DNA of 64,000 nt from a virus (Duplodnaviria > Caudoviricetes): positions 18,562 through 82,561 of the IMG/VR virus record IMGVR_UViG_3300021511_000006; one strand, given 5' to 3'. The notes beneath the pieces are model-generated. The model saw only the letters and a program-made list of their open reading frames with translations. It did not search any database and was not told where the DNA came from. How positions within the stretch are numbered: the stretch's first letter is position 1; the number at the start of each line of letters is the position of its first letter. Below are positions 38,261-48,358 of this stretch, piece by piece. Position numbers and translations under genes: made by a program.

Positions 38261-39809
38261 TACTTCTCTCCCTTGAAAATACTCGTCTAAACATGTTTTT
38301 TAATGACGCGTTAGGTTTCTCAGGAATTGGAGTGTAACTGGATCCTGGTTCTTTTATTTTTTCAATAGTTTCTTCCTTGGCTGCTAAGTCTAGTGCAGCA
38401 ATATTAGCTTCTTCTTTTTCGGAATCTAGAAATGTTCCTGCATCTTTTTCAAGTTGTTCTTCTAATAATTCTTTTGAAGAAACTTCTGGTATAAATTCGC
38501 TATAGCAAAAAGGGCATATTGCGTCTTCTTGAACTGCACGAAAGCTGCTATTACATGATGGACATACTACGTATTCAGATTTAGGTTGATCTTTTTCAAA
38601 TAAGTGATCAAATTCATCAGATGGAGCATAACTGTTAAGTAGAGTATCATCATCCACAAGAATTAGGTGTTCATCAGTTAAACAATTAGAACATATGGTT
38701 GTACCTTCAAGACCTTCTTCTTTAACCAATTCACCACATTGATTACATTGGTATATATCCTCTGTGAAGTCTTCCTTCTCTATCTCATTTGTTAGTTTAC
38801 ACTCTCTATGAACACATGTTGCGCAAGGAACAAAGTCACCCTCTGGCGTATGTGGAGGAAATTTAAGAGGTGATTTATTACCAGGCCCAACATTTAATGG
38901 AGATACTCGTGTACCAGTTACATGACGTACGATACCTGTTCGTTTCCAGGCATCTGAGTTATAATGTTGTCCCCAACCAGCATATCCTCGGGAACCATAA
39001 CCATAACCATATTGATGTCCCCAACTCTTATATGTGTAAACTCCTTTGCTTACCATCTTCATCCATTTTTTGTTAAAGACTCGATCACTTGGAGATACAT
39101 TCACATCATAGCGCCTATCAAACTTTCGATAGCTATAAAATTTTGGTGTTGCTGTTGCGTCTTCAACTAGTTTGCCATCTTGTACTTTATAGATTGTTCT
39201 TACAGCTTTATTATCGACTTCATTTGTTTCTGCCATAAGAATTAATTTGTCAATATATTCATCTGGATCAACCATAACTCTATGGCCATTTGCTACAATT
39301 GATGAAGAGATGCTTGGATACTCTTCATCAAGATCGCCCAATGTAATATGAAGACCGTCAAAGTGCTCTTCATCATCATCATCAACACCAGAATGAAATG
39401 CTGACATATTCCCATGACTATGAATAGTACCGATCATTGTCATTCCTTCAATAGTAATTCCTTTATCGTAGTCACAGGATGCACCTGCAACTTTTTGTAC
39501 CGGCGGAATGATTTTATATTTTCCTGTTTCTTCATTATAAAACAGGAGCACAATAGATTCTGATCTATATTCTTCATATACTGCTTTAAAAAATCCCATG
39601 ACTTTAGCAATCCATTTACCAGGAATTTTAGTAATATGCATTTTAGCCATAGTAGTAACACTATTTAGAATAGAGATATTTTTAACGGGCGCAAGACTTT
39701 CCATGACCCCAAGTTTTTTCTTTAGATACACACCTTCTTTTGCAATAATATAAAATACATCATCCTTAGGCATTTCATTTTGACCATCATTTAGGATTAC
39801 TTTGAACAT
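38253..39809 (-). CDS. JAB/MPN metallopeptidase with C-terminal GY-rich and Zn-ribbon extension
   Basis: SESIVLL, GTIHSHGNMSAFHSGVDDDDE (HxH...S..D), DGLHITLG, several CxxC motifs. Confidence 0.9.
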   Translation of the reverse strand: MFKVILNDGQNEMPKDDVFYIIAKEGVYLKKKLGVMESLAPVKNISILNSVTTMAKMHITKIPGKWIAKVMGFFKAVYEEYRSESIVLLFYNEETGKYKIIPPVQKVAGASCDYDKGITIEGMTMIGTIHSHGNMSAFHSGVDDDDEEHFDGLHITLGDLDEEYPSISSSIVANGHRVMVDPDEYIDKLILMAETNEVDNKAVRTIYKVQDGKLVEDATATPKFYSYRKFDRRYDVNVSPSDRVFNKKWMKMVSKGVYTYKSWGHQYGYGYGSRGYAGWGQHYNSDAWKRTGIVRHVTGTRVSPLNVGPGNKSPLKFPPHTPEGDFVPCATCVHRECKLTNEIEKEDFTEDIYQCNQCGELVKEEGLEGTTICSNCLTDEHLILVDDDTLLNSYAPSDEFDHLFEKDQPKSEYVVCPSCNSSFRAVQEDAICPFCYSEFIPEVSSKELLEEQLEKDAGTFLDSEKEEANIAALDLAAKEETIEKIKEPGSSYTPIPEKPNASLKNMFRRVFSRERSSD

Positions 39810-42372
39810 TTACTATACTCCTCTCTTCGTTTATAAGTCTTAATTCAGATGCTTCACATGTAAAGAAGTGACCATGTAAATTTGGCCACGCTCTAACTAT
39901 ACCCGCTTCATTTTGAATTTTTGGTCCAATTCTTGGATTCGGAATACAATCTAATATAGAATTAGCTGTAATATATCTATCTAAACTATAATAATCAGCA
40001 TATGATGTAAAGTATGCAAAATCTAATACTTTAAGACCACCTACTCCATTAGTAAAGACAAACCATCCCTTTCGATTACTATACTCATTAATACCTTGAA
40101 TAATATCACCAGGTTGATACTTAATTTTTGATACATCAATTGAAGCATGCTTTAATGATGGCCATCTTTTTGACTTAATTGTAGTTTTTTGGAATTTTGT
40201 TAATACGTCGCTGTACCATAAAGTACAACAATTTGAGCACAGAACAAGGGGTTCTGGTCCTCCCGTATCAGTTATAAATCCAATAATAATATTTATATCT
40301 TTCTTTGGGAATTGTGAAATGCTGGCTTCTTTAGCTTTGATCTTTGTTCCTGCAATCAATTTACCAAATTTATTTGTAATCTTTCTTATTCTACCAACAT
40401 AAATGATTCCATTTGCTCCATCAACATATCTTTCTTGATGTAGAGTCCCTTCTTTATCAGCTAATATGAAAAATATATCACCAATAGCTGAGTCGAATTT
40501 AAACCCTTGAATTACTTTGACTGACAACATATTAACTGGATTATGCCAATCTGAAACAACTACTTTATCTCCTATAGTAAATTCAATATCCATATCAAAA
40601 CTCTGGATACGAAATTTATCTTCCCCCAACATATATTTTTTTATTTCTGGAGGAATTGGTTTAATAAGTCTAGTTCTGTTTCCTTCAAATATAACGCCAG
40701 CAGGAGAACCAAACACACTATTATTTAATAATTTTGTCTCATTTATATCTTTTATAGCTAGCATTTTTCGACCCACTCTAAATACTGGTGGTAGAGGTTT
40801 AAGTTTATCAATTTCATATAGACTTTTAGCTCGTTTTGCTGCTGATGAGTTTAAGGTAAGATTATATGATCTTATACTTTGATTAACATGTTTCATTTCA
40901 ATATGTAATTGATTTCTACTGGTAGAAATTTGATTAAATTTAACAACGACACCATTTTGAAACGGAACGTTTGCAATAGTTGGTACATAGACATATCGTT
41001 TGTTCTTTTTCAACATAATATTTTCATATTTTGGTTTTGACGTATCAAATATCTCTCCCTCAGTATTTTCCAAAATATAAAATCCATCTCCGAATCTACC
41101 TTCATGAAATCCATCTGCAGATTTACGAACAAAGGAAACCCTTTTATATGTAATGCCCCCGATGGCATTTTTCATAATTAGAATATCACCTTCTTTAATC
41201 TTTACTCCATTTTTCAGAATTCCCGTTTCTTCAAATCTGAGTTTCTTTGTTTCTTTAAGGAGATATTTTGTAAACATTTTGGTTTTCTTAAATATAATAA
41301 GTCTTCCATCATCTCGTTCAACTCTTATATATTTTACATCTCCACTATCCATGAAGCTAATAAGTGAATTAATATAACAAAGAGATTTACCATTTTTAAT
41401 ATAAAAAGGATCTCCAACATGAACATAAAAAGTTTCATTTAAATATACGCCCGATGCAACATCATAAAATAAACTAAATTTCTTTCTAGATCTTGGAGTA
41501 GGTTTTTCATCCTTGCCTGTACTTAAAGGTTGACTAAACATACTAGCAAGGCTGTGATATTGAACATCATTTTGTTTTGATATGCTATAAGTTCGTTTTA
41601 CTTCTTCTATTGCTTGTCCTATATTCATAGGAATTTTAACCCAATCAACATTATAAATAAACATTGGATTTAATTGTGACAATGCTTGCCACTCCATATA
41701 AGAATTAACCCCAGCAATTTTTGAATATGAGTTATAGTTATACATAAAGTCAGTATTAAATTCAGATCCCCAAAAGACATTGATTGCTTTTTCTACTGTT
41801 GAATTTAATGATTGTGTCCGACCATCTGCTCTATCTCCAAAACAAATATACTGATTATCAGCTATATTTAGTAATGGTATTTTAAGCAAGTAATCAGCTA
41901 ACCCCGAGAGTCTTGCAATCCTAAGATATGCTTGCCCACCAGATATATCATAATAATCTGATATATATAGAAGAAATATAACATACGGAAATGCCAATGT
42001 AAATTGCCTTGGACCTCCCTTCTCAGCGAAGTTTTTCTTATATTTGTATTCTTCTAATTTTCCTTCTGCTTTTAATTTATCAACTTCAGCATGAAAATGC
42101 ATATTAATGCTGACAGTTCTAAATGCCGGAGGTTCTTCAACAACAATAATATGACCTTTGTTTACTTTTTCCATATATCTACAATTTGGTGGAATAACTA
42201 CTGGTGTTTCGCTACCAAATTCCAGACTTATACGTCTTAGATAGTCAGGTGTTAATAACACTTTTTTATTAATTTTTGGGGTTGATTCCCCCTTCATTGA
42301 TTTATCATATTCAGAAGAATAAAGATGTGTATATTTCTGATTAATTCGTATTTCATTTTGTAAATCGAGCAT
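39787..42372 (-). CDS. Prokaryotic E2 (family D / PRTRC protein B-like) domain fused to a long beta-rich C-terminal region
   Basis: FTLAFPYVIF..YLLKIPLLNIADNQYICFG..FWGSEFN. The stop overlaps the JAB gene. Confidence 0.65.
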   Translation of the reverse strand: MLDLQNEIRINQKYTHLYSSEYDKSMKGESTPKINKKVLLTPDYLRRISLEFGSETPVVIPPNCRYMEKVNKGHIIVVEEPPAFRTVSINMHFHAEVDKLKAEGKLEEYKYKKNFAEKGGPRQFTLAFPYVIFLLYISDYYDISGGQAYLRIARLSGLADYLLKIPLLNIADNQYICFGDRADGRTQSLNSTVEKAINVFWGSEFNTDFMYNYNSYSKIAGVNSYMEWQALSQLNPMFIYNVDWVKIPMNIGQAIEEVKRTYSISKQNDVQYHSLASMFSQPLSTGKDEKPTPRSRKKFSLFYDVASGVYLNETFYVHVGDPFYIKNGKSLCYINSLISFMDSGDVKYIRVERDDGRLIIFKKTKMFTKYLLKETKKLRFEETGILKNGVKIKEGDILIMKNAIGGITYKRVSFVRKSADGFHEGRFGDGFYILENTEGEIFDTSKPKYENIMLKKNKRYVYVPTIANVPFQNGVVVKFNQISTSRNQLHIEMKHVNQSIRSYNLTLNSSAAKRAKSLYEIDKLKPLPPVFRVGRKMLAIKDINETKLLNNSVFGSPAGVIFEGNRTRLIKPIPPEIKKYMLGEDKFRIQSFDMDIEFTIGDKVVVSDWHNPVNMLSVKVIQGFKFDSAIGDIFFILADKEGTLHQERYVDGANGIIYVGRIRKITNKFGKLIAGTKIKAKEASISQFPKKDINIIIGFITDTGGPEPLVLCSNCCTLWYSDVLTKFQKTTIKSKRWPSLKHASIDVSKIKYQPGDIIQGINEYSNRKGWFVFTNGVGGLKVLDFAYFTSYADYYSLDRYITANSILDCIPNPRIGPKIQNEAGIVRAWPNLHGHFFTCEASELRLINEERSIVNVQSNPK

Positions 42373-42750
42373 TTATTCACCCCTTAAAAATTTATACTGT
42401 TTAGCATATCCAGTTAGTATTTGCTCTGGTCTATGATCATTAATTTCCCAAACTCTTTGCCTCTTTATTGATGGACTCTCTGGATTCTTTTGCAGTTCTT
42501 TTTCACTTGTTATAAATAGAACTGCTAGATATACATCTTCACTTTCACGTTCTAATGATAAGAATGAAATTTCTCCTTGAGTCCGACCTGGTACTTCCAG
42601 TGTAATAAATATATTTGGTCCTTTTGGAAGTATTGTTATATGCTCAATGTTGCCCGTTTCTTGCTCAAATATTTGATCGCATAATATTCTGATTTTTTCA
42701 AGTACATCATCACTTTTGATTTCTGCAAGAAGTTTCTTTAAGATACCCAC
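42373..42750 (-). CDS. Hypothetical protein
   Basis: 125-aa ORF abutting the E2-fusion start. Confidence 0.55.
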   Translation of the reverse strand: MGILKKLLAEIKSDDVLEKIRILCDQIFEQETGNIEHITILPKGPNIFITLEVPGRTQGEISFLSLERESEDVYLAVLFITSEKELQKNPESPSIKRQRVWEINDHRPEQILTGYAKQYKFLRGE

Positions 42751-42764
42751 TTATAAGTTCTCCT

Positions 42765-43091
42765 TTACGGTTGTTTCTTTGTATAATATCTTCTCTCTTT
42801 AGTATCCATCCATTCAATCCGATCAAATGGAACTGACCTCCAACCTTTCATATTCAGATCATAAACATGCATAATTTTATTTTTCTGAATAAGTTTCAGG
42901 ATTTTTTCAATGTTTACAGATTTTGGATGGTCTCTTTTTGGAATTTGTTTAAAATCCAAAGTACACTTCATGATACGATTCGAACCATCTTTCTTTGTAA
43001 ATCTTATAATTACTTGCTTCTCATCATATACTTTTTTCCAGAACTGTATGGCACTTACAATTATATTAGTATCTAATTCTTTTTCTGCCAT
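42765..43091 (-). CDS. WYL_2-like SH3-barrel protein
   Basis: IRFTKKDGSNRIMKCTL...VYDLNMKGWRSV. Confidence 0.65.
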   Translation of the reverse strand: MAEKELDTNIIVSAIQFWKKVYDEKQVIIRFTKKDGSNRIMKCTLDFKQIPKRDHPKSVNIEKILKLIQKNKIMHVYDLNMKGWRSVPFDRIEWMDTKERRYYTKKQP

Positions 43092-43094
43092 AGT

Positions 43095-44141
43095 TTAATC
43101 CTCCCGTTTATCTGAGTGAACTAGTGTGCCCACTTCCTTATTTGTTCTATCAAAATATTGACTCATCATTAAGCATGAATGATTACAGAGGTCACAAAGA
43201 CGCTTTTTATCTGTTCTTATTCCAGTTAATACATCACTGGACAAAAGTTGTGGATATGCTGAATCGAATAGATTTTTTATGGTGTTATATGGAGTTATTA
43301 CTCCTTTAATTCTTAAACATAATCTTATTGTTCCATCAGAGTCAATTGTTAAGTTATGTATACCATCCTCAAGCTCGCAGTCAAAATTTGATGGTAATGT
43401 ATCAAACATTCTTGGAATTAAAATATCTTTCATATGAACTAACAATGAATGGTCGTGCATAATATCAAGCAACTGTCCTGCTAAACTTAATGTTGGTTGA
43501 ACTAAAAGATTCTTATCCCTAATATTTGAAAAATCGTAATAGATGTTTTTTGTAATATCTACAAATGTAATATCGCTATATATTTCTTCCTTACTTAAAT
43601 TACAGATAAGTTGGTGTAAGAAATGTTGATTATGTTTCATAACTGTTATTTCAGCTACAACATCTTTAACCAACCCTGCTGCTTGAAGTTCTTTTAATCT
43701 TTGTAATCCTTCAATACTTTTTCTGACTCGATCTTTGTTGAGTTCAGGCTCGTTAAAAATAGGATCAACAGAACTTGTAAAACCTTCTATATGACCTACT
43801 TTATTAAATAGTTTTATCAATGCAGGTTGAACTTCAGGTGTGTTATTACTGATTATTGTATAATATATTTCATTATCATTACAATAATTAATAATGTCTG
43901 CAAGGTCTGGTCTTAATAATGGCTCGCCTCCATAAAAGATATTGAAGACATTTGGATTATGTATTTTTAATTTTCCTAATGTTTCAATAACAACTTCAGT
44001 TGGCATTTCGTTTTTGATATAATGTTTCATATCAGGATAGCAAGAAGGTTTATTTTCATAGTTTCGAACTATACCACAGTAATCACATTTCAAATTGCAC
44101 TTCCTTGTGAGAAGCCAATTTACAATTCTAACTTGACTCAT
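43095..44141 (-). CDS. Radical SAM protein with C-terminal Cys cluster
   Basis: CNLKCDYC, YGGEPLL, C-terminal C..CLRI..CDLCNHSC. Likely start MSQVRI at 44141. Confidence 0.9.
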   Translation of the reverse strand: MSQVRIVNWLLTRKCNLKCDYCGIVRNYENKPSCYPDMKHYIKNEMPTEVVIETLGKLKIHNPNVFNIFYGGEPLLRPDLADIINYCNDNEIYYTIISNNTPEVQPALIKLFNKVGHIEGFTSSVDPIFNEPELNKDRVRKSIEGLQRLKELQAAGLVKDVVAEITVMKHNQHFLHQLICNLSKEEIYSDITFVDITKNIYYDFSNIRDKNLLVQPTLSLAGQLLDIMHDHSLLVHMKDILIPRMFDTLPSNFDCELEDGIHNLTIDSDGTIRLCLRIKGVITPYNTIKNLFDSAYPQLLSSDVLTGIRTDKKRLCDLCNHSCLMMSQYFDRTNKEVGTLVHSDKRED

Positions 44142-44142
44142 A

Positions 44143-44523
44143 TTAATCTCCAGTTTCAAGTAATATCGTTCCGTCATATTCTTCTATAATATCACGAAAT
44201 CTGTCTATTCGATAACAGTCATTTCTGTCTATTCTAGCATAAGCGATAAACTTACCCCTATCTAATATCTCAGCAGCTTCTTTATAACATATTTTATCCA
44301 TATTATAAAAATCGCTAGGAACTCCTCTTGCTTTTGCAATCCAATCGTTTCTTCCTGCTTCGGTAAAATTGATAAGATTTTTTTTATTCTTGAAGAATCT
44401 AAAAGATTCATCATGATGGAATTCGAATTTCTTTTGTATATCTTTCCTCAATGTTTTGTTGCCTAGTTCAATAATGAACATTGTGGACGAGCTATTTGTT
44501 ATAAAATCAAGATTTATTTTCAT
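44143..44523 (-). CDS. TNSS-motif family protein, copy 2
   Basis: MKINLDFITNSSSTMFII. Confidence 0.8.
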   Translation of the reverse strand: MKINLDFITNSSSTMFIIELGNKTLRKDIQKKFEFHHDESFRFFKNKKNLINFTEAGRNDWIAKARGVPSDFYNMDKICYKEAAEILDRGKFIAYARIDRNDCYRIDRFRDIIEEYDGTILLETGD

Positions 44524-44903
44524 TGATTTTCTACCTTCACTACTAATTTTTTAAGCTCCCTTAAGCTTATTGGAGAAACTGTGGTTGCACCCTCTCCATC
44601 AACATCAATCGCTTTTAAAATTAAATCATCTTTTCTTAAGATATCAAATAAAATTAAAGAGTCCCACCCATACGGACCAAGCATAATTTCTTTTCCATCT
44701 TTAAGAAGTTTTCCCTCTTTAATTATCTCGTTTAATGTACATTCAATTTCTTCATTACTTGGCTTTTCAACTTCTATATAATCTTTATATTCTTGTGAAT
44801 GTCTAATTCTATTTATTTCGATATTATAGTCTTCTGGTATAAAGATTATAAAAGCAGAAGATGAACTATTTGTTATAAAATCCATTTTAATTTTCATAAT
44901 CAT
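44520..44903 (-). CDS. TNSS-motif family protein, copy 3
   Basis: MKIKMDFITNSSSSAFII. Confidence 0.8.
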   Translation of the reverse strand: MIMKIKMDFITNSSSSAFIIFIPEDYNIEINRIRHSQEYKDYIEVEKPSNEEIECTLNEIIKEGKLLKDGKEIMLGPYGWDSLILFDILRKDDLILKAIDVDGEGATTVSPISLRELKKLVVKVENQ

Positions 44904-44906
44904 TCC

Positions 44907-47108
44907 TTAGTGCAAAGTCAATATTTCATCAGCTTCAAGTTGATCTTCGTGTCTATGAGAAATCAGATATATTGATTTTCCAAACTTCAGCTTAGATAAA
45001 ACCTTTGATACATATCCAACATTCTCTTCATCTAAAGCATCGAATATTTCATCGAATAATAAGATGTTTATTGATACGTCTTGAATGCTTGCTTGTAAAT
45101 CACCAAGAGTTAAAATTGTAGCAATATCAATAATCCTTGTTTGGCCGCCTGATAATTGAATTCTTGAGTTTGCTCGAGTATGTGTATCAACAACATTAAC
45201 TGAAATTTTATCTCTAAATTCTCCAGCTTTAGTTGCTGCTAATGTATCAAATGATACAATATATCGCCCGTTTGTAAGTTTGTCTAAGTAATAAGAAACC
45301 TTTTCATTCATAAATGGAATCGCTTCATCAATTAACATTGATGGAATTCCAGATGAAGAAAATGCCATTTTCCAAAAATCTAATATTGTTTGTCTTCTCT
45401 TAAGAACTTGTAAATCTATATCAGCTTTTTCAATTTGAATCTTAAGAACTTTTTGTCTTTTTAGATATGAATTCAGTTGAGTTTTGTCGTACTCCTCATT
45501 TTCTTTATCCTGAATCTGAATTCCTCGGATCTTTAGATCATGTTTGATGTTGTCAATTGTTTTTTTCGCTTCATCCAATTGTTCTACAGTATATTCTTGG
45601 TCTTTCTTTTTCGATAACAATACCAACTTCTCAGAATTAAGATCATTATCAATACTTTGTACTTTCTTTTGTACTTTTTGTATTTGTAGTCGTGATAATT
45701 CATCAATCTTTTCAATAGCAACATTCCATCTATTATTGACTTCTTTTAATTGATCCTCTTCTTGTTGTTTTATCTGTTTGTGTTCTTCTCGAAAAGTTAC
45801 TTGTTGTGCGTTAATACTATTTGATTCTTTTGTATATACAGCATTATTCTCATTAATTTGTTCTTGAAATGAAGAAACTAACTTAAATGCATTGTCAATG
45901 TCATTATTATATTTTGTGACTTTTTTATTTAATAAGTCAATTGTTTTTTCTGATACTTCTTGTTCACAAAGAGGACATTCGGAAACTTCAGCCTTAATAA
46001 CATTCTCTTCAATTTCATTTATTCGAGTCTGGTAGTTTCTCATATCGGACTCAAGATTTTGACTTTTCAATTCAATTTTGTGATTTTCTTCTTGAGTTGA
46101 AGTATTTAAATTATTTAATAAATCTTTTAATTTTGATTGTTCATCCTGAATACGATCATATTCTTTTTGGGATAAAATATGTATAATATTTTTTGCCTCA
46201 ACTGCTTTATTTTGTATTTCAAGAAGTTTAGTTTCTCGTTGTTGTTCTATAGATTGAACTTGACTATCTAAATCACTTTCCATGGAATTTAACTTTGATT
46301 CAATATTTGATAATTCCGATATTGTTTTCTCAATATCTATATCTTCTTTCTCCATACCCACTAAATTTTCTTCCCATTGATTTAATAATCTTTGGTTTGA
46401 CTCGATAGATTTTTTCAGTTCTAATATAGCATTTTGTTTTTCTGTATCGAATCTTTTTTCTGCAGCAAGTAATATTTGAATCTGTTGTCTCGCATCAGTT
46501 TGTAGTCCAAGATCAATTCCTTTATTTCTTTCAACTCCAGAAATAGATTCTATAACTTGCTTTAGTCGCTTGTCAGTTTCTTTATAAAATAATTGATACT
46601 GTTCTAATGCTAAAAGTTCTCGAAAGATTAACTTTTTATCAGAATCAAGTAAATCTGTAAAGAAGTTTTTAACCTTTTGACCAAACATTAATGTATTCGT
46701 AAATGCTCTTCTTGAACATACTAATTTTTCAATTTCGGGTAATACTTCTTTATGACCTTTTTTAATATCAACACCATTTTTATTTAAAATCACTGTATTG
46801 CCAAGTTTTGTATATTTTTGGTATCGAGTGACAAGATATTGATTGTCATTATCCATAAACTTAACCCACGTTTTACAGTTACGACCAATTACATTATTTA
46901 CTACATCATCTCCTTTTGCTCCCTTACTTGTTAAACCCCAGAAGGTAAAAGGGATGGCATCGAGGGCCATAGTTTTTCCTATCCCATTTGGGCCAGTTAT
47001 TAATGTTAAAGAGTCATTTTTAAATTGTAAAATCATTGGATCAATATAAGGACCAAAATTTTCCATTCCCACTTCTTGAATATTGATTTGCCTCATATTA
47101 TACCTCAC
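44907..47108 (-). CDS. SbcC/Rad50/gp46-like SMC ATPase
   Basis: GPNGIGKT Walker A, Q-loop, CPLC zinc hook within coiled coil, LSGGQ signature, LLFDEIF, SH. Confidence 0.95.
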   Translation of the reverse strand: MRYNMRQINIQEVGMENFGPYIDPMILQFKNDSLTLITGPNGIGKTMALDAIPFTFWGLTSKGAKGDDVVNNVIGRNCKTWVKFMDNDNQYLVTRYQKYTKLGNTVILNKNGVDIKKGHKEVLPEIEKLVCSRRAFTNTLMFGQKVKNFFTDLLDSDKKLIFRELLALEQYQLFYKETDKRLKQVIESISGVERNKGIDLGLQTDARQQIQILLAAEKRFDTEKQNAILELKKSIESNQRLLNQWEENLVGMEKEDIDIEKTISELSNIESKLNSMESDLDSQVQSIEQQRETKLLEIQNKAVEAKNIIHILSQKEYDRIQDEQSKLKDLLNNLNTSTQEENHKIELKSQNLESDMRNYQTRINEIEENVIKAEVSECPLCEQEVSEKTIDLLNKKVTKYNNDIDNAFKLVSSFQEQINENNAVYTKESNSINAQQVTFREEHKQIKQQEEDQLKEVNNRWNVAIEKIDELSRLQIQKVQKKVQSIDNDLNSEKLVLLSKKKDQEYTVEQLDEAKKTIDNIKHDLKIRGIQIQDKENEEYDKTQLNSYLKRQKVLKIQIEKADIDLQVLKRRQTILDFWKMAFSSSGIPSMLIDEAIPFMNEKVSYYLDKLTNGRYIVSFDTLAATKAGEFRDKISVNVVDTHTRANSRIQLSGGQTRIIDIATILTLGDLQASIQDVSINILLFDEIFDALDEENVGYVSKVLSKLKFGKSIYLISHRHEDQLEADEILTLH

Positions 47109-48114
47109 AATTCTGAATTATATCAAATGCTTCTTTGGTATACTCATCTACATCTATTTGTGGAATCTCTTTGATCTTAACAAACCGATTAATTCTATCT
47201 TCCTGAGACATTGAACTTGTAATCCCTCTATCAGTAATATCGGCTTCTGTTTTATCAACAATATTAAAGTCATCCTTAAAACCTGTTATATCGACTTTTT
47301 CCTTCATAAGAACTTTGACATGATGGCCATCATCCTTAGCTTGTTGGGCAGCTTTTAACGCGTCATCTTTATTAAGACTATTCATTTCAATTTCAATATA
47401 TTTTCTATATTGAATTATCGGAATTTCATCAACTTGAAGAGTATCTGTATCGACAACCAGAAAGCGTTTTTCTTCCCCTTTCTCGCCCCAATCTAATTGA
47501 ATTAGGGAACCAACATAATAGATTTTAATATCATCTCTTATAATTTGTTGAGGTTTATGATAATGTCCTAACAGTACCAATTCATATCTTCCAATTAAAT
47601 CTTTTATTCCAATGTCAGAAACGATACTTATCCCTGAATTTAATACTCCTTCATTTAATCCAAAATGAGATATAAGTATCCTTCCCTTATTTTGTTTGAC
47701 TTGATTTACAATATCATAAGAATATGGGATACATATTAAATCATTATCTACAGTTTGAAATTGAGTTACCCATTCAACATTAATATAATTCCTTATTGGT
47801 CTTAGTGCTGATATTGCATCTGCTCCCTTTCCAGATAAGTCATGATTCCCATCAAGTACCCAAAATTCTAAATCTTCATATTGTTCAAAGAAATCTAACA
47901 TTATCTCTTGAGCAATTGCATAGATGATTGATTTGTTGTGATAAAGATCACCGCCTATTATGATTCTTTTAATATCATTTTCACAACAATAATCTCCTAC
48001 TTCACAAAGAGCTCTTTTTATACTATGCAATCGCTCAGGAAGATTTGTTTCATCTTCAATTTTATCTTGACTATATCTCGAAAGATGAAGGTCTGCAATA
48101 AATGCGAATTTCAT
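47098..48114 (-). CDS. SbcD/Mre11/gp47-like metallophosphoesterase nuclease
   Basis: ADLH, GGDLYH, GNHD, SHF, GHYH. Confidence 0.95.
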   Translation of the reverse strand: MKFAFIADLHLSRYSQDKIEDETNLPERLHSIKRALCEVGDYCCENDIKRIIIGGDLYHNKSIIYAIAQEIMLDFFEQYEDLEFWVLDGNHDLSGKGADAISALRPIRNYINVEWVTQFQTVDNDLICIPYSYDIVNQVKQNKGRILISHFGLNEGVLNSGISIVSDIGIKDLIGRYELVLLGHYHKPQQIIRDDIKIYYVGSLIQLDWGEKGEEKRFLVVDTDTLQVDEIPIIQYRKYIEIEMNSLNKDDALKAAQQAKDDGHHVKVLMKEKVDITGFKDDFNIVDKTEADITDRGITSSMSQEDRINRFVKIKEIPQIDVDEYTKEAFDIIQNCEV

Positions 48115-48347
48115 AATTTATTCATTTCTCCTTTTTGTTTAGTAACCTCCTTTTGTTTCGGAGGAGTCGTAGCTTTTTCATCTACTTTTTCTTCTTGTGT
48201 TGTAGTTTGTGGTTGTTTACTATCAGAATCTGACTTTGCAAGAAAGAGTCCAAACAGAAGAATCATTATAATACCAGTTATTGCTAAACCAAATAGCAAG
48301 TCAACTAATTCAAAACCTTTTTGATTATTTATCTTTTTAAGAAACAT
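48111..48347 (-). CDS. Mini-protein with variant type IV prepilin signal
   Basis: NNQKG|FELVDLLFGLAITGIIMILLF followed by a short charged tail. Paralog of 48359-48601. Confidence 0.65.
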   Translation of the reverse strand: MFLKKINNQKGFELVDLLFGLAITGIIMILLFGLFLAKSDSDSKQPQTTTQEEKVDEKATTPPKQKEVTKQKGEMNKL

Positions 48348-48358
48348 TTTATTCTCCT

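Noticed and set aside
43095-44141. Either radical SAM protein as QueE completing the folE2/queD pathway
   Set aside because: Both are about 330-350 aa with C-terminal extra Cys clusters, unlike the short QueE, and neither is linked to queD. Not excluded without an HMM search.
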